Positions 13,383 to 24,817 are shown, numbered from the stretch's first letter. The stretch is 32,000 nucleotides of DNA from Geotalea uraniireducens Rf4 (GCF_000016745.1 NC_009483.1:1260001-1292000), one strand, 5' to 3'. Numbers and translations are program-made. Notes: generated by a model from the sequence alone, not told the origin.

Positions 13383-14018
13383 ATGAATAAGGGATTGATT
13401 GGTAAAAAACTTGGAATGACACAAATCTTTGCTGAAGACGGGCGCCGTATACCGGTGACTGTTGTTGAAGCCGGTCCTTGTGTTGTTATTCAAAAGAAGA
13501 CCAAAGAAAAAGATGGCTACAGTGCTATCCAGGTGGGTTTTAACTCACAGGAGGCTGCAAAAGCCAACAGTGCAGTGGTTGGTCATTGCAAAACTGCCGG
13601 GAGCGGCGTATTTTCTTTCTTACGCGAGCTGCGCGTGGATAATGCAGATCAATACAGTGTTGGTGATGTGCTTAGTGCTGAAATATTTGCACCTGGTGAT
13701 CTGGTTGACGTAACCGGGACAAGTATTGGTAAAGGTTTTCAGGGTGTAATGAAACGTTGGGGCTTCAAGGGCGGGCGAGCAAGCCATGGTTCTCGCTTTC
13801 ATCGTGCTCCTGGTTCCATTGGCTGTTCAGCAACACCTTCACGTGTCTTTAAAAACAAGAAGATGCCTGGTCAGCTCGGAAACGAAAAAGTGACTGTGCA
13901 GAGACTTAAGATTGTAAGGGTTGATGCAGCTGATAACCTTATTTTGTTGAATGGTGCGATACCTGGATCTACAAATGGTCTGGTTCTTATCAAAGACAGT
14001 GTTAAGGCTAAGAAATAA
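13383..14018 (+). CDS. rplC: 50S ribosomal protein L3
   Basis: 211 aa with [13 protein letters not shown] and [16 protein letters not shown]. Confidence 0.99.
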
Positions 14019-14039
14019 TTGCTGTTCTGGAGATAGTTT

Positions 14040-14663
14040 ATGGCAAAGTTAGACGTTTTCGATATTAAAAATAAAAAGGTCGGTGAAATTGAACTTAGCG
14101 ACTCAGTGTTTAACGATGAGGTTAAAGAGTATCTCATTCATGAGGCGGTAAAGATTCAATTGGCAAATCGTCGTGCTGGCACAGTCGGGGTTAAAAACCG
14201 TTCGGCAGTTGCAGGCAGCGGTAAAAAGCCTTTCAAGCAAAAGGGAACCGGTCAAGCTCGTCAGGGTTGCCGTAGAGCACCACAATATCCTGGTGGTGGT
14301 GTTGCATTCGGTCCCCAAGCAAAAACATATAATCTTTCTATGAATAAGAAAGCAAGAAGAGCTGCGATGCGTTCTGCATTGTCTTTATTATTTAAAAATA
14401 ACAAGCTGACTGTGCTCAACAACATAGATCTCGACAATGTTTCGACGAAAAACTTTGTCGGTATTTTAAATGGTTTCACATTGGATAAGACACTTGTTGT
14501 TACTGACGTTGAAAATCGTAATCTAGAGCTCTCAGCGCGTAATGTGAAAAATGTTAAAGTATTAAAGTCCGAGGGATTGAATATTTTTGACATTATGAAA
14601 TATCAAAGTGTCATTTTCACTGAGAATTCAGTGCGCAAAGTTGAAGGAGCGTTACAGTCATGA
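14040..14663 (+). CDS. rplD: 50S ribosomal protein L4
   Basis: 207 aa with [14 protein letters not shown]. Position matches the S10 operon order. Confidence 0.98.
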
Positions 14664-14944
14664 ACATATATAGCGTTATTAAAAAACCTTTGATTACTGA
14701 AAAGACCACAATTGAAAAAGACGAAAGAAATATAATTTCGTTTGTTGTAAGCAGTGATGCAAACAAAATTGAAATTAAAGATGCGGTGAAAACACTTTTT
14801 AATGTGGACGTTGCATCGGTTAAAACAGTAAATGTTGCCGGCAAGGTTAAGAGAGTCGGTAAGAATATTGGTAAACGATCGAATTGGAAGAAAGCCTACG
14901 TCACCCTCAAAGAGGGAAGCAACGTTGATTTCTTTGAAGCATAA
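14660..14944 (+). CDS. rplW: 50S ribosomal protein L23
   Basis: 94 aa with [12 protein letters not shown]. Its ATG overlaps the rplD stop (ATGA), indicating translational coupling. Confidence 0.98.
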
Positions 14945-14966
14945 ACCAATCAGTGGAGTTTAGATA

Positions 14967-15791
14967 ATGGCGATAAAGAGTTATAAACCGACGTCCGCAG
15001 GCCGTAGACATCAGACCTGTTCAACATTTGAAGAGATTACTACTGACAAACCCGAAAAATCGCTTCTTGTTAAACTGAAAAAAACCGGTGGCCGAAACAA
15101 TTTTGGGCGGGTAACCTCCAGGCATATCGGTGGTGGTCATAAACAAAAATACCGTATCATCGACTTCCGACGTGACAAGCGTGATATCCCGGCAAAGGTG
15201 AGCTCGGTCGAGTATGACCCATACCGTAGTGCTAGGATTGCGCTGTTGAACTATGCTGACGGTGAAAAACGTTACATTATTGCTCCTCTTGATCTGAAAG
15301 TCGGGGATACTGTAATATCCGGACCCAGTGCTGACATTAAGCCGGGTAATGCATTGCCGATCAGATCGATTCCGTTGGGTACAATTATCCACAATATAGA
15401 ATTGAAGATTGGTAAAGGCGCACAACTGGCGCGCAGTGCGGGGACTTTTGCCCAGCTTATGGCAAAAGAAGATAAGTATGCACAGGTTAAGCTTCCATCA
15501 GGTGAAGTGCGGATGGTCCTTTTGGATTGTATTGCAACTGTAGGACAGGTCGGGAATATCGATCACGAGAATGTCTCGATAGGGAAAGCCGGTCGCTCAC
15601 GCTGGTTAGGTAAGCGGCCAAAGGTCAGAGGTGTTGCGATGAACCCGGTAGACCATCCCCATGGTGGTGGTGAGGGAAGAACATCCGGTGGACGTCATCC
15701 TGTTACACCGTGGGGTATTCCGACTAAAGGTTATAAGACCAGAACAAACAAGACATCGACAAGATTCATAGTTAAGCGTCGTACAAAATAA
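14967..15791 (+). CDS. rplB: 50S ribosomal protein L2
   Basis: 274 aa with [19 protein letters not shown] and [15 protein letters not shown]. Confidence 0.99.
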
Positions 15792-15821
15792 TAAATATCT
15801 ATCTGGATAGAGGAAATTAAG

Positions 15822-16103
15822 ATGGCAAGATCGATAAAAAAAGGACCATTTGTAGACACGCATTTACAAGCAAAAGTCCAGGCAGAAGGTCCTTCATCAA
15901 AAAAAGTGATTAAAACCTGGTCAAGACGATCTACAATAACACCTGATTTTATAGGTCTGACCTTTGCTGTTCATAACGGCAGGAAATTTATTCCTGTTTT
16001 CGTCACAGAGAACATGGTCGGTCACAAGATGGGAGAATTTGCTCCCACGAGGACTTTTTTCGGCCACGCAGCAGACAAGAAAAGTAAGTTGAAGAAGAAG
16101 TAA
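15822..16103 (+). CDS. rpsS: 30S ribosomal protein S19
   Basis: 93 aa with [12 protein letters not shown] and [13 protein letters not shown]. Confidence 0.99.
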   Translation: MARSIKKGPFVDTHLQAKVQAEGPSSKKVIKTWSRRSTITPDFIGLTFAVHNGRKFIPVFVTENMVGHKMGEFAPTRTFFGHAADKKSKLKKK

Positions 16104-16122
16104 GTCGTTAAAGGAGCTATGA

Positions 16123-16458
16123 ATGGAATCAAGCGCTAAGTTATCATTCGCCCGTCTGTCCCCTCGCAAAACACGCCTAGTAGTGGATATGGTTAGGGGT
16201 AAAGGGATACAGAACGCTCTCAATACATTGCGTTTTTCGCCACAACCATCGGCTAAGCTGGTATCCAAATTGCTGTCATCTGCTGTAGCAAATGCAGAGC
16301 AAAAGGGCGTTGCTGACGTTGATCGTCTTTATGTAAAAACTATTTATGTAAACGGTGGTACTGTTTTGAAGCGTTTTGTTCCGCGGGCGATGGGAAGAGC
16401 GAGCAAGATTAGAAAACCGACCAGTCACATTTGTGTGGTACTGGCGGAGAAGAAATAA
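16123..16458 (+). CDS. rplV: 50S ribosomal protein L22
   Basis: 111 aa with SPRKTRLVVDMVRGK. SD AAGGAG at 16111-16116. Confidence 0.98.
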   Translation: MESSAKLSFARLSPRKTRLVVDMVRGKGIQNALNTLRFSPQPSAKLVSKLLSSAVANAEQKGVADVDRLYVKTIYVNGGTVLKRFVPRAMGRASKIRKPTSHICVVLAEKK

Positions 16459-16481
16459 GCTAATAGCTTGGAGGTGAAGTT

Positions 16482-17114
16482 TTGGGTCAGAAAGTAAATC
16501 CAATAGGTTTCAGGCTTGGAGTAATCAAAACCTGGGATTCAAAGTGGTATGCAGAAAAGGATTATGCCAAGCTTCTTCATGAAGATTTGAAGCTCAGATC
16601 ATTCTTGAAAAAGCGCTTATACCACTCAGGCGTTTCCAAGATAGAGATCGAACGTGCCGCAGGCAAAGCCAAGATCAATATATTCACTGCTCGTCCTGGC
16701 CTGATTATTGGCAAGAAGGGGTCTGAGGTCGAAACCCTTAAAAAGGAACTGGCCAAACTCACTGACAAAGAGGTTTACCTTAATATACAGGAAGTTCGGA
16801 AGCCTGAACTTGACGCACAACTGGTTGCCGAAAACATCGCTCTGCAGCTTGAAAGGCGTGTGGCTTTTCGTCGGGCAATGAAGAAAAGTGTGACTTCTTC
16901 ACTGAAATTTGGCGCTAAAGGTATCAGAATTACCTGTTCTGGTCGCCTTGGTGGTGCAGAGATGTCCCGTACAGAATGGTACCGTGAAGGACGTGTTCCA
17001 CTTCATACCCTGAGAGCTGACATTGATTATGGTTTTGCAGAAGCCAAAACCACATATGGTATCATTGGCGTCAAAGTTCTTCTTTTCAAAGGTGAAGTGC
17101 TTTCTGGCAAATAA
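16482..17114 (+). CDS. rpsC: 30S ribosomal protein S3
   Basis: 210 aa. TTG start followed by the canonical [12 protein letters not shown]. The KH-domain region is present. Confidence 0.98.
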   Translation: MGQKVNPIGFRLGVIKTWDSKWYAEKDYAKLLHEDLKLRSFLKKRLYHSGVSKIEIERAAGKAKINIFTARPGLIIGKKGSEVETLKKELAKLTDKEVYLNIQEVRKPELDAQLVAENIALQLERRVAFRRAMKKSVTSSLKFGAKGIRITCSGRLGGAEMSRTEWYREGRVPLHTLRADIDYGFAEAKTTYGIIGVKVLLFKGEVLSGK

Positions 17115-17135
17115 TAGAAACAGGAGTTTTTTGCG

Positions 17136-17558
17136 ATGTTAATGCCAAAAAAAGTTAAGTATAGAAAACAGATGAAGGGTAGAATGAGTGGAACGCCGCA
17201 ACGTGGTGTATCACTTGCCTTCGGAGAGTTTGGCTTGCAGGCGACTGAGTGTGGCTGGCTTGATTCCAGGCAGATTGAAGCTGCGCGTATAGCTATGAAT
17301 CGTTACATAAAAAGAGGCGGGAAAATCTGGATCAGAATTTTCCCTGATAAACCTTTAACAGCAAAGCCTGCTGAAACTCGTATGGGTAAAGGTAAAGGTT
17401 CGCCTGATTCGTGGGTTTGTGTTATAAAGCCTGGCAGAATCCTTTATGAAATGGAAGGGGTAACCGAGGAAATTGCGCGTGAAGCATTTAGACTCGCGGC
17501 TCATAAACTTCCAATTCCCACTAAATTTACTTCAAGGAAGGACGCCCATGAAGGTTAG
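17136..17558 (+). CDS. rplP: 50S ribosomal protein L16
   Basis: 140 aa with [17 protein letters not shown] and [11 protein letters not shown]. Confidence 0.99.
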   Translation: MLMPKKVKYRKQMKGRMSGTPQRGVSLAFGEFGLQATECGWLDSRQIEAARIAMNRYIKRGGKIWIRIFPDKPLTAKPAETRMGKGKGSPDSWVCVIKPGRILYEMEGVTEEIAREAFRLAAHKLPIPTKFTSRKDAHEG

Positions 17559-17736
17559 TGATCTGAAAAATGCTACTGTTGATGAACTACAATCTCGGGA
17601 GTCTGAACTGACCAAAGAGTTGTTTAATCTTAAATTTCAGCTTCATACTGGACGATTGGAAAATACTTCTAAGCCGTCTCTTATAAAGAAGGATATTGCT
17701 AGGGTTAAAACACTACTCCGCGAAAAAAGGGGTTAG
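17548..17736 (+). CDS. rpmC: 50S ribosomal protein L29
   Basis: The track ORF 17473..17736 was trimmed to the in-frame ATG at 17548, giving [41 protein letters not shown]..., 62 aa, typical L29. It overlaps the rplP 3' end by 11 nt. Confidence 0.95.
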   Translation: MKVSDLKNATVDELQSRESELTKELFNLKFQLHTGRLENTSKPSLIKKDIARVKTLLREKRG

Positions 17737-17746
17737 AGAGGGCTAT

Positions 17747-18004
17747 ATGAGTGAACGTGGTAATAGAAAAACCCAGGTAGGAGTTGTTGTAAGCGATAAG
17801 ATGGATAAAACTGTTGTTGTCAAGGTTGATCGTCTTATTAAACATAGTGTCTATAACAAGTATATTAAAAGATCTGCCAAGTACAAGGCACATGATATTG
17901 ATAATAGTTGTAAGATAGGCGACAGAGTCCTGATCGTAGAAACGCGGCCGATGAGCAAGGACAAGCGCTGGAAAGTCAGACAGATCATTGAGCGTAATGC
18001 TTAG
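17747..18004 (+). CDS. rpsQ: 30S ribosomal protein S17
   Basis: The track ORF 17696..18004 was trimmed to the ATG at 17747, giving [27 protein letters not shown]..., 85 aa, canonical S17. Confidence 0.95.
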   Translation: MSERGNRKTQVGVVVSDKMDKTVVVKVDRLIKHSVYNKYIKRSAKYKAHDIDNSCKIGDRVLIVETRPMSKDKRWKVRQIIERNA

Positions 18005-18017
18005 GTAGGAGTTACTA

Positions 18018-18386
18018 ATGATACAGATGCAGACGATTTTGGATGTGGCTGATAACTCAGGTGCGAAGAAGCTATTTTGCATAAAGGTTCTTGGTGGTTC
18101 TAAAAGAAAATATGCCGGTATAGGTGATATCATAGTAGCCTCGGTTAAAGAAGCGATCCCCAATTCGAAAGTAAAAAAAGGGGACGTGGTAAAGGCTGTA
18201 GTTGTAAGAACTGCTAAAGAGATTGGGCGTCCTGACGGGTCATATATTCGTTTTGATGGCAATTCTGGTGTAGTAATCAACAACCAGAAAGAACCTGTCG
18301 GTACTCGTATTTTCGGGCCGGTCGCTAGGGAGCTCAGGGCTAAGAAGTTTATGAAAATAATATCCCTGGCCCCTGAAGTACTTTAA
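18018..18386 (+). CDS. rplN: 50S ribosomal protein L14
   Basis: 122 aa, [18 protein letters not shown]... Confidence 0.99.
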
Positions 18387-18406
18387 TTTTATCTTGGAGA
18401 TAAATG

Positions 18407-18733
18407 ATGCTGGGCAAAAAACTGCACGTAAAAAAGAATGACACAGTTATAGTCATCACTGGCAAAGACAAAGCCAAAACTGGTAAGGTGCTGCAAATCC
18501 TTCCGAAAAAGGATGGGGTTTTGGTTGAAGGCATTAATATAGTTAAACGGCATACGAGACCTCGTGGTAGTGAAGCTGGTGCCATCGTGGAAAAGGAAGC
18601 TGTGATACACGTCTCGAACGTAATGATTTATTGTAATAAATGCGGTAAGCCCGTACGTACAAGGATAAACACCCTTGAAGATGGGAAAAAGGTCCGTATC
18701 TGCGTGAAATGTGGCGAAGCCTTTGATAAATAG
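18407..18733 (+). CDS. rplX: 50S ribosomal protein L24 (KOW domain; C-terminal CxxC-x19-CxxC)
   Basis: [24 protein letters not shown] is the KOW motif. Two adjacent ATGs are possible starts (18404 and 18407). GGAGA at 18396-18400 gives better spacing to 18407, so the exact start is uncertain by one codon. Confidence 0.95.
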   Translation: MLGKKLHVKKNDTVIVITGKDKAKTGKVLQILPKKDGVLVEGINIVKRHTRPRGSEAGAIVEKEAVIHVSNVMIYCNKCGKPVRTRINTLEDGKKVRICVKCGEAFDK

Positions 18734-18746
18734 TCTGGAGGATTGA

Positions 18747-19286
18747 ATGGCACGGCTAAACGAGCTTTATAATAAAGAAATGGTTCCACAATTGATGAAG
18801 GATTTTAATTACAGGAACGTTATGGAAGTTCCTAAATTGGAAAAAATAGTTGTCAATATGGGCCTTGGTGAAGCGATTCAGAACGTCAAAATACTTGACT
18901 CCGCAGTAGATGAGATGGCAGTGATAACCGGTCAGAAACCGATTATTACAAAAGCTAAAAAGTCTATTGCCGGCTTTAAATTGCGTCAAGGGATGCCGAT
19001 TGGTTGTGCCGTGACGCTGCGCAAAGACAAAATGTACGAATTCCTTGATCGTTTAGTGAACGTATCTTTACCTCGAGTTCGCGACTTTAAAGGCATATCT
19101 GGTAAAGCATTTGATGGGAACGGAAATTATTCGTTAGGCGTAAAAGAACAATTGATTTTTCCAGAAATTAATTATGACAAGATAGATAAGATTAAAGGTC
19201 TCAATATTACTATTGTTACTACAGCTAAAAGTGATGAAGAAGGCAAAGCACTGCTTAAACTTTTTGGCATGCCTTTTAGGAATTAA
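18747..19286 (+). CDS. rplE: 50S ribosomal protein L5
   Basis: 179 aa, [22 protein letters not shown]... Confidence 0.99.
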   Translation: MARLNELYNKEMVPQLMKDFNYRNVMEVPKLEKIVVNMGLGEAIQNVKILDSAVDEMAVITGQKPIITKAKKSIAGFKLRQGMPIGCAVTLRKDKMYEFLDRLVNVSLPRVRDFKGISGKAFDGNGNYSLGVKEQLIFPEINYDKIDKIKGLNITIVTTAKSDEEGKALLKLFGMPFRN

Positions 19287-19304
19287 ACCAGTTCGGAGGA
19301 TCCA

Positions 19305-19490
19305 GTGGCAAAAACATCGATGATTATAAAAGCGCAAAGAGGGAGTAAATTCAAGGTCCGTGAATATAATCGCTGTCCTTTGTGTGGCCGTCCCAGGGCC
19401 TATTACAGGAAGTTCGACATGTGCAGAATTTGCCTGAGAAAGCTTGCCTCTGCTGGTCAGATTCCAGGAGTCATTAAATCAAGCTGGTAG
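19305..19490 (+). CDS. rpsN: 30S ribosomal protein S14, short zinc-binding type Z
   Basis: 61 aa. GTG start, then [47 protein letters not shown]...GVIKSSW, carrying the CxxC...CxxC zinc ribbon. Confidence 0.97.
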   Translation: MAKTSMIIKAQRGSKFKVREYNRCPLCGRPRAYYRKFDMCRICLRKLASAGQIPGVIKSSW

Positions 19491-19524
19491 CATTTAAAGT
19501 TAAACAAATAGAGGAGTAGATTCA

Positions 19525-19923
19525 ATGTCGATGACTGATCCCATAGCCGATATGCTTACCAGAATCAGAAATGCTGGTATGGCAAAACATCAAAAAGTTG
19601 ATATCCCGTCATCCAACCTTAAGGTTAGTCTAGCTAATCTTTTGAGGAATGAAGGATTTATCAAGAATTATAAAGTCATAGCAGATAACAAGCAGGGCGT
19701 TTTGCGTGTCTATCTCAAGTATATTGATGAAAAGGATCCGGTCATCAACGAGATTAAGCGTATAAGTAAGCCAGGTGGCAGGGTCTATGTGGATAGCGAT
19801 GGAATCCCAAAGGTTAAAAATGGGCTCGGAGTTGCAGTACTCTCCACATCCAAAGGAATCATCACAGATAAGACCGCTCGCGAATTAGGTGTAGGTGGAG
19901 AGCTTCTCTGCACTGTCTGGTAG
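19525..19923 (+). CDS. rpsH: 30S ribosomal protein S8
   Basis: 132 aa, [17 protein letters not shown]... Confidence 0.99.
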   Translation: MSMTDPIADMLTRIRNAGMAKHQKVDIPSSNLKVSLANLLRNEGFIKNYKVIADNKQGVLRVYLKYIDEKDPVINEIKRISKPGGRVYVDSDGIPKVKNGLGVAVLSTSKGIITDKTARELGVGGELLCTVW

Positions 19924-19950
19924 TTATTCAGGTATTAAGGAGTTTATAGT

Positions 19951-20490
19951 ATGTCTAGAATTGGAAAGCTTCCCATAGAAATTCCCAAGGGAGTAAAAAT
20001 ATCCTACATTGATTCCAACCTGATGGTTGAAGGTCCTAAGGGGTCATTAGGCAGAAGAATAATGTCTGGCGTATCGATTGACCTGACTGATAATACTATC
20101 ACAGTAAGCCGGGACAATGATGGTATAAAGTCGCGCTCTGCTCATGGGCTTACCAGGACACTGATAAATAACATGGTGACTGGTGTTACCACTGGTTTTG
20201 AGACTGCTCTGGAAATTAACGGTGTTGGTTATAGAGCCGAGTTAAAAGGTGATGTGCTTAATTTGAGCCTGGGTTACTCGCATCCGATAAATTTTCAGCT
20301 CCCTAAAGGGATTAATGTTGAAGTTGATAAAATGACAAAGCTTTTGGTAAAAGGCATTGATAAAGAGCTTGTCGGTCAAACTGCCGCAAAAATCAGAGCT
20401 TTCCGTGGACCTGAACCCTACAAAGGTAAAGGTGTGAAGTATGCTAACGAGACTATTCTTAGAAAAGCCGGTAAAACCGGTAAAAAATAG
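19951..20490 (+). CDS. rplF: 50S ribosomal protein L6
   Basis: 179 aa with [15 protein letters not shown] and [10 protein letters not shown]. Confidence 0.99.
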   Translation: MSRIGKLPIEIPKGVKISYIDSNLMVEGPKGSLGRRIMSGVSIDLTDNTITVSRDNDGIKSRSAHGLTRTLINNMVTGVTTGFETALEINGVGYRAELKGDVLNLSLGYSHPINFQLPKGINVEVDKMTKLLVKGIDKELVGQTAAKIRAFRGPEPYKGKGVKYANETILRKAGKTGKK

Positions 20491-20511
20491 ATATAGCTAA
20501 GGAGAAGCACA

Positions 20512-20880
20512 TTGAGTTCTCTAGCCCAGAAAAAAACAGCCCGCCTGAAACGTCAGATAAGGGTAAGAAAAAAAATAAGAGGAACAGCTGAACGTCCCAG
20601 GCTTAATGTATTTAAAACTGCTAAGCATATCTATGCTCAGTTAATAGATGATACATGTGGGGCTACTTTGGCAGCTGCTTCTACATTATTGGATGAGGTA
20701 AGCACAGGTCTTAGTTATACGGGCAATATTGAAGCTGCTCAGAAGGTTGGTGCAGCAATTGCTCAAAAGGCTTTGGCAAAGGAAATAAATATGGTTGTTT
20801 TTGACCGTAATGGTTTCCTCTATCATGGTAGAATTAAAGCGCTAGCAGAAGCGGCACGTGAAAACGGCTTGTCTTTTTAA
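20512..20880 (+). CDS. rplR: 50S ribosomal protein L18
   Basis: 122 aa with [20 protein letters not shown] and [25 protein letters not shown] start with AAGGAGAAG upstream. Confidence 0.97.
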   Translation: MSSLAQKKTARLKRQIRVRKKIRGTAERPRLNVFKTAKHIYAQLIDDTCGATLAAASTLLDEVSTGLSYTGNIEAAQKVGAAIAQKALAKEINMVVFDRNGFLYHGRIKALAEAARENGLSF

Positions 20881-20903
20881 AGGACATTGTAAGGAGGATT
20901 TAA

Positions 20904-21392
20904 TTGCTTAAGATCAATCCCAATGACATTAATCTTACGGACAGGGTAGTTCATATCAGCCGTGTTGCAAAGGTTGTGAAAGGTGGCCGTCGTTTTAGTT
21001 TTTCAGCGCTCGTAGTGGTGGGCGATGGAAATGGCTATGTCGGTTATGGCCTCGGCAAGGCTAATGAAGTCCCTGAAGCGATTCGAAAAGGTGTTGAACA
21101 GGCGAAGAAGAATCTTATCAAGGTGCCGATTGTTGAAGGGCAAACTATTCCTTTCGAGATCGAAGGACGATTCGGCGCTGGAAAAGTATTGATGATGCCT
21201 GCCTCTGCTGGTACTGGTGTGATAGCCGGTGGTGCAGCGAGGGCTGTATTTGAATCGGCTGGTGTTCATAATATACTTGCTAAATGCCTTGGATCCAATA
21301 ACCCGCATAACGTTGTGAAAGCCGCTTTTGCCGGTCTTATGAGACTAAAGACCCCTGAAGAGCTAAGTGCTAGAAGAGGTCTGGCTGAGTAA
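20904..21392 (+). CDS. rpsE: 30S ribosomal protein S5
   Basis: 162 aa with [36 protein letters not shown] start 6 nt after AAGGAGG (20891-20897). Confidence 0.97.
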   Translation: MLKINPNDINLTDRVVHISRVAKVVKGGRRFSFSALVVVGDGNGYVGYGLGKANEVPEAIRKGVEQAKKNLIKVPIVEGQTIPFEIEGRFGAGKVLMMPASAGTGVIAGGAARAVFESAGVHNILAKCLGSNNPHNVVKAAFAGLMRLKTPEELSARRGLAE

Positions 21393-21421
21393 AGCCAAAA
21401 AACGTTTAAGGAGTAAATAAC

Positions 21422-21601
21422 ATGTCCGCAGATGTGAAAGTTACCCTCGTAAGGAGTCATATTGGTAAAGCATCCAGCGTTAAGGCGGTGCTGGTCGGTA
21501 TGGGGTTGACAAAACGGCAAAAGTCCGTGACCTTGAAAGATACTCCTGAGGTAAGAGGGATGATTAATAAGGTGCGTCATTTGCTAAAAGTAGAAGAGTA
21601 A
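21422..21601 (+). CDS. rpmD: 50S ribosomal protein L30
   Basis: Absent from the ORF track because it is under 60 aa. Hand translation gives MSADVKVTLVRSHIGKASSVKAVLVGMGLTKRQKSVTLKDTPEVRGMINKVRHLLKVEE*, 59 aa, typical L30. It sits in the expected slot between rpsE and rplO. Confidence 0.93.
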   Translation: MSADVKVTLVRSHIGKASSVKAVLVGMGLTKRQKSVTLKDTPEVRGMINKVRHLLKVEE

Positions 21602-21618
21602 TTCTCTGAGGTGTGATA

Positions 21619-22059
21619 ATGGAATTAAACAGTCTAAAGCCAGCAGCAGGTGCTTCAAAAAATAGAAAAAGAATCGGTCGTGGTACAGGTTCTGGGCATG
21701 GTAAAACTGCTACTAAAGGTCACAAAGGGCAAAAGGCTCGCAGTGGCGGTAGTATAAAAGCAGGATTTGAAGGTGGTCAGATGCCTATGCATCGCAGGCT
21801 TCCTAAGCGTGGTTTTACCCCATTGGCGAAAAAAATATATTCAGTGGTGAATCTGTCTCAACTAGATGTATTTGAAACGGGCAGCTGTGTAGATATTGAA
21901 GCGATGCAAAAAAGCGGTCTGGTAAAGAATGTGTGTGATGGTATAAAAATTCTTGCTACTGGTGAGCTTACCAAAGCATTGACAGTGAAAGCCCATAAAT
22001 TCAGTGCTACTGCACGTAATAAAATCACTTCTGTGGGTGGAACCGTCGAGGAGATCTAA
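21619..22059 (+). CDS. rplO: 50S ribosomal protein L15
   Basis: [43 protein letters not shown]... The ATG at 21619 lies 5 nt after GAGGTG. The track alternative is GTG at 21613, two codons longer. Confidence 0.96.
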   Translation: MELNSLKPAAGASKNRKRIGRGTGSGHGKTATKGHKGQKARSGGSIKAGFEGGQMPMHRRLPKRGFTPLAKKIYSVVNLSQLDVFETGSCVDIEAMQKSGLVKNVCDGIKILATGELTKALTVKAHKFSATARNKITSVGGTVEEI

Positions 22060-22061
22060 TC

Positions 22062-23369
22062 TTGTTTGATGCTTTCCAGAATATATTTAGAATACCTGAG
22101 CTGAAAAAACGAGTATTATTTTCCTTGGCGATGCTTGCCGTATACCGTGTAGGATGTCATATACCAACACCGGGAATTGATAGTCAGGCATTAGCTCACT
22201 TTTTTAAACAGGCTCAGGGAACTTTACTCGGTCTGTTTGATATGTTTTCTGGCGGCGCATTAGAAAAGCTGACAGTGTTTGCTCTTGGCATAATGCCATA
22301 CATATCATCTTCAATTATATTTCAACTGCTAACTGTAGTTGTACCTGCCATTGAAAAGCTGTCAAAAGAGGGTGAAGCAGGAAGAAAGAAGATAATCCAG
22401 TATACGCGATATGGAACTATAGTCCTGAGTGTCGTGCAAGGGCTAGGAATCAGTATTGGGCTTGAGAGCATGAGAGGTCCTGCTGGTGAACTGGTTGTGC
22501 CGAATCCCGGCTGGGGTTTCAGGGTAATGACTGTCATAACGCTTACTGCAGGAACAGCATTTATTATGTGGCTGGGCGAACAAATGTCTGAAAAAGGCAT
22601 AGGCAATGGAATTTCGCTGATAATTTTCGCTGGAATAGTTGCACGTATACCTACAGCGATTATGAACAGTGTCCGTTTATTAAAAACTGGTGAACTGCCT
22701 CTGTTTGCAATTATATTTGTGCTGACCCTTATGTTTCTTGTGATTGCTGCAGTTGTTTTTGTTGAACGTGGTCAGCGCAGACTTCCGATACATTATGCTA
22801 AGCGGGTTGTTGGCCTTAAAACGTATGGGACGCAAACCTCGCATTTGCCTCTAAAAGTTAATATGGCAGGTGTTATTCCGCCAATCTTCGCTTCGTCGAT
22901 TATTATGTTTCCAGCTACGATAGGCAACTTCATCAACATACCTTGGGTACAGAGTGCTTCTAAGAGCTTGACGCCTGGTAACTGGGCGTATAATATTTTT
23001 TATGTTGCATTCATCGTCTTTTTTTGTTATTTCTATACGGCTGTGACTTTTAACCCAGTTGATGTCGCTGAAAATGTGAAAAAACAGGGTGGTTATATTC
23101 CTGGTATCCGCCCCGGAAAAGAGACGTCCGAGTTCCTGGATAGGGTCCTTACCAAGCTGACTTTTGCTGGTGCCATTTATATCTCAGTTGTTTGTGTATT
23201 GCCTTCGATACTGATAGGTAAATTTAATCTACCTTTTTATTTTGGTGGTACCGCTCTGCTTATTGCGGTTGGCGTTGGTATGGATACAGTTGCCCAGATT
23301 GAATCACACCTTATTACTCGTAGTTATGAAGGTTTTATGAAGGGTGTCAGGATAAAGGGTCGGCGTTAG
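22062..23369 (+). CDS. secY: Preprotein translocase subunit SecY
   Basis: 435-aa multi-pass hydrophobic protein with [12 protein letters not shown] and [14 protein letters not shown] start 2 nt after the rplO stop. Confidence 0.98.
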   Translation: MFDAFQNIFRIPELKKRVLFSLAMLAVYRVGCHIPTPGIDSQALAHFFKQAQGTLLGLFDMFSGGALEKLTVFALGIMPYISSSIIFQLLTVVVPAIEKLSKEGEAGRKKIIQYTRYGTIVLSVVQGLGISIGLESMRGPAGELVVPNPGWGFRVMTVITLTAGTAFIMWLGEQMSEKGIGNGISLIIFAGIVARIPTAIMNSVRLLKTGELPLFAIIFVLTLMFLVIAAVVFVERGQRRLPIHYAKRVVGLKTYGTQTSHLPLKVNMAGVIPPIFASSIIMFPATIGNFINIPWVQSASKSLTPGNWAYNIFYVAFIVFFCYFYTAVTFNPVDVAENVKKQGGYIPGIRPGKETSEFLDRVLTKLTFAGAIYISVVCVLPSILIGKFNLPFYFGGTALLIAVGVGMDTVAQIESHLITRSYEGFMKGVRIKGRR

Positions 23370-23387
23370 GAGACGAAGGAAGTTGTG

Positions 23388-24041
23388 ATGAATTTAATAT
23401 TGTTGGGTCCGCCCGGTGCGGGAAAGGGAACCCAGGCAAAATTACTGATAAAAAGATTTCAGATTCCACAAATATCGACGGGTGATATTTTACGGGCCGC
23501 TGTGAGTGAGATGACTCCGATGGGCGTGAAGGCCAAGGGATATATGGAGTCTGGGGCTTTGGTTCCGGATGAGGTAGTGGTTGGTATCGTTCGGGAGCGG
23601 CTTGAAAAGAATGATTGCTTAAATGGTTTTATCTTAGACGGCTTTCCGAGAACGGTAGCGCAGGCAGATGCGTTGAAGCACATGTTGGTCTGTATGAATA
23701 TGTCGATCGAACATGTGGTTTCTATGGCTGTAGACAAGGAAGAGCTGCTGCAAAGAATTACCGGTAGGCGTACTTGCCGGCTTTGCGGCAAGGGATACCA
23801 TGTCGTATTTGATCCCCCCAGGGTGTCTGGTCGCTGCGATGAGTGTTTGGGTGAGCTTTTTCAGCGAGACGACGATCAAGAAGAAACCATGCGTAAAAGG
23901 CTTGATGTTTACGAGGATCAGACGGCGCCACTTATAACGTATTATGAAAATGAATCTCTTTTGCGTTCAATTGCAGGGGTTGGTTCAATTGATGATATTC
24001 AGCAAAGAATACTGTCAATTATTCAGGGCACTCACGGGTGA
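23388..24041 (+). CDS. adk: Adenylate kinase (Cys4 zinc lid)
   Basis: MNLILLGPPGAGKGTQ is the P-loop. The lid is CRLCGKGYH...GRCDEC. The ATG at 23388 is preferred over the adjacent GTG at 23385. Confidence 0.97.
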   Translation: MNLILLGPPGAGKGTQAKLLIKRFQIPQISTGDILRAAVSEMTPMGVKAKGYMESGALVPDEVVVGIVRERLEKNDCLNGFILDGFPRTVAQADALKHMLVCMNMSIEHVVSMAVDKEELLQRITGRRTCRLCGKGYHVVFDPPRVSGRCDECLGELFQRDDDQEETMRKRLDVYEDQTAPLITYYENESLLRSIAGVGSIDDIQQRILSIIQGTHG

Positions 24042-24784
24042 TTATCCTTAAGTCTCCTCAGGAGATAGAGCGGATGCGTGTCCCATGCAGGATTGTTGCT
24101 GAAATACTGGCGTTACTGAAGGAAAAAGTAAGACCAGGTGTGACAACGCTGGAGTTGGACGAGTTTGCTGAATCAGAAGTGAAAAGACGATCAGCAAAGC
24201 CTGCATTTAAGGGTTATAGCGGCTTTCCGTATTCGCTTTGTTGTTCTTTAAATGATCAAGTGGTTCATGGTATGCCTTCTAATCGGGAATTGGTTGATGG
24301 AGACGTATTAAGCATAGATTTTGGTGCTATTAGTGACGGTTTTTACGGCGATGCAGCGTTGACTATACCGGTTGGTACCGTTAGTAAGTCTGCCGTAAAG
24401 CTTATAGATGTAACCGAAGCGTCATTGTATGCAGCTATTGATGCAGCACAACCTGCAAATAAGCTGTCTGATATATCGTATGCAGTTCAAAGTTATGTTG
24501 AATCGCGTGGTTTTTCGGTAGTGCGCGATTTTGTAGGTCATGGGATTGGTAAGAGTCTTCACGAGAGTCCTCAAATACCCAATTTCGGGTTGCCTGGCAG
24601 AGGCGTTAAGCTGAAACCCGGAATGGTGTTAGCAATCGAGCCGATGATAAACGAGAAGGGTCCTGAAGTTAAGGTGTTGGCTGACGGGTGGACTGCGGTA
24701 ACATGTGACGGCGGCTTATCTGCTCATTTTGAGCATACCGTTGCGATAACACAGCATGGTCCGGAAATATTAACGAAGATATAA
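24038..24784 (+). CDS. map: Type I methionine aminopeptidase
   Basis: 248 aa with the metal-ligand context VVHGMP, DFGAISDGFYGD, HGIGKSLHE, LAIEPM and FEHTV. The GTG start overlaps the adk stop (GTGA). Confidence 0.97.
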   Translation: MIILKSPQEIERMRVPCRIVAEILALLKEKVRPGVTTLELDEFAESEVKRRSAKPAFKGYSGFPYSLCCSLNDQVVHGMPSNRELVDGDVLSIDFGAISDGFYGDAALTIPVGTVSKSAVKLIDVTEASLYAAIDAAQPANKLSDISYAVQSYVESRGFSVVRDFVGHGIGKSLHESPQIPNFGLPGRGVKLKPGMVLAIEPMINEKGPEVKVLADGWTAVTCDGGLSAHFEHTVAITQHGPEILTKI

Positions 24785-24817
24785 ATGTTTACGCGGTTAT
24801 TCTGAAAGGATTTAGCT

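Noticed and set aside
17473-17746. Longer ORF-track versions of rpmC (from 17473) and rpsQ (from 17696).
   Set aside because: The 5' extensions run out of frame through the preceding genes (rplP and rpmC) and add non-homologous residues. Internal ATGs at 17548 and 17747 give the canonical L29 and S17 N-termini.
24785-24805. Tiny ORF ATG TTT ACG CGG TTA TTC TGA immediately after the map stop.
   Set aside because: It has six codons and no SD. It is most likely just spacer sequence carrying the rpmJ RBS.
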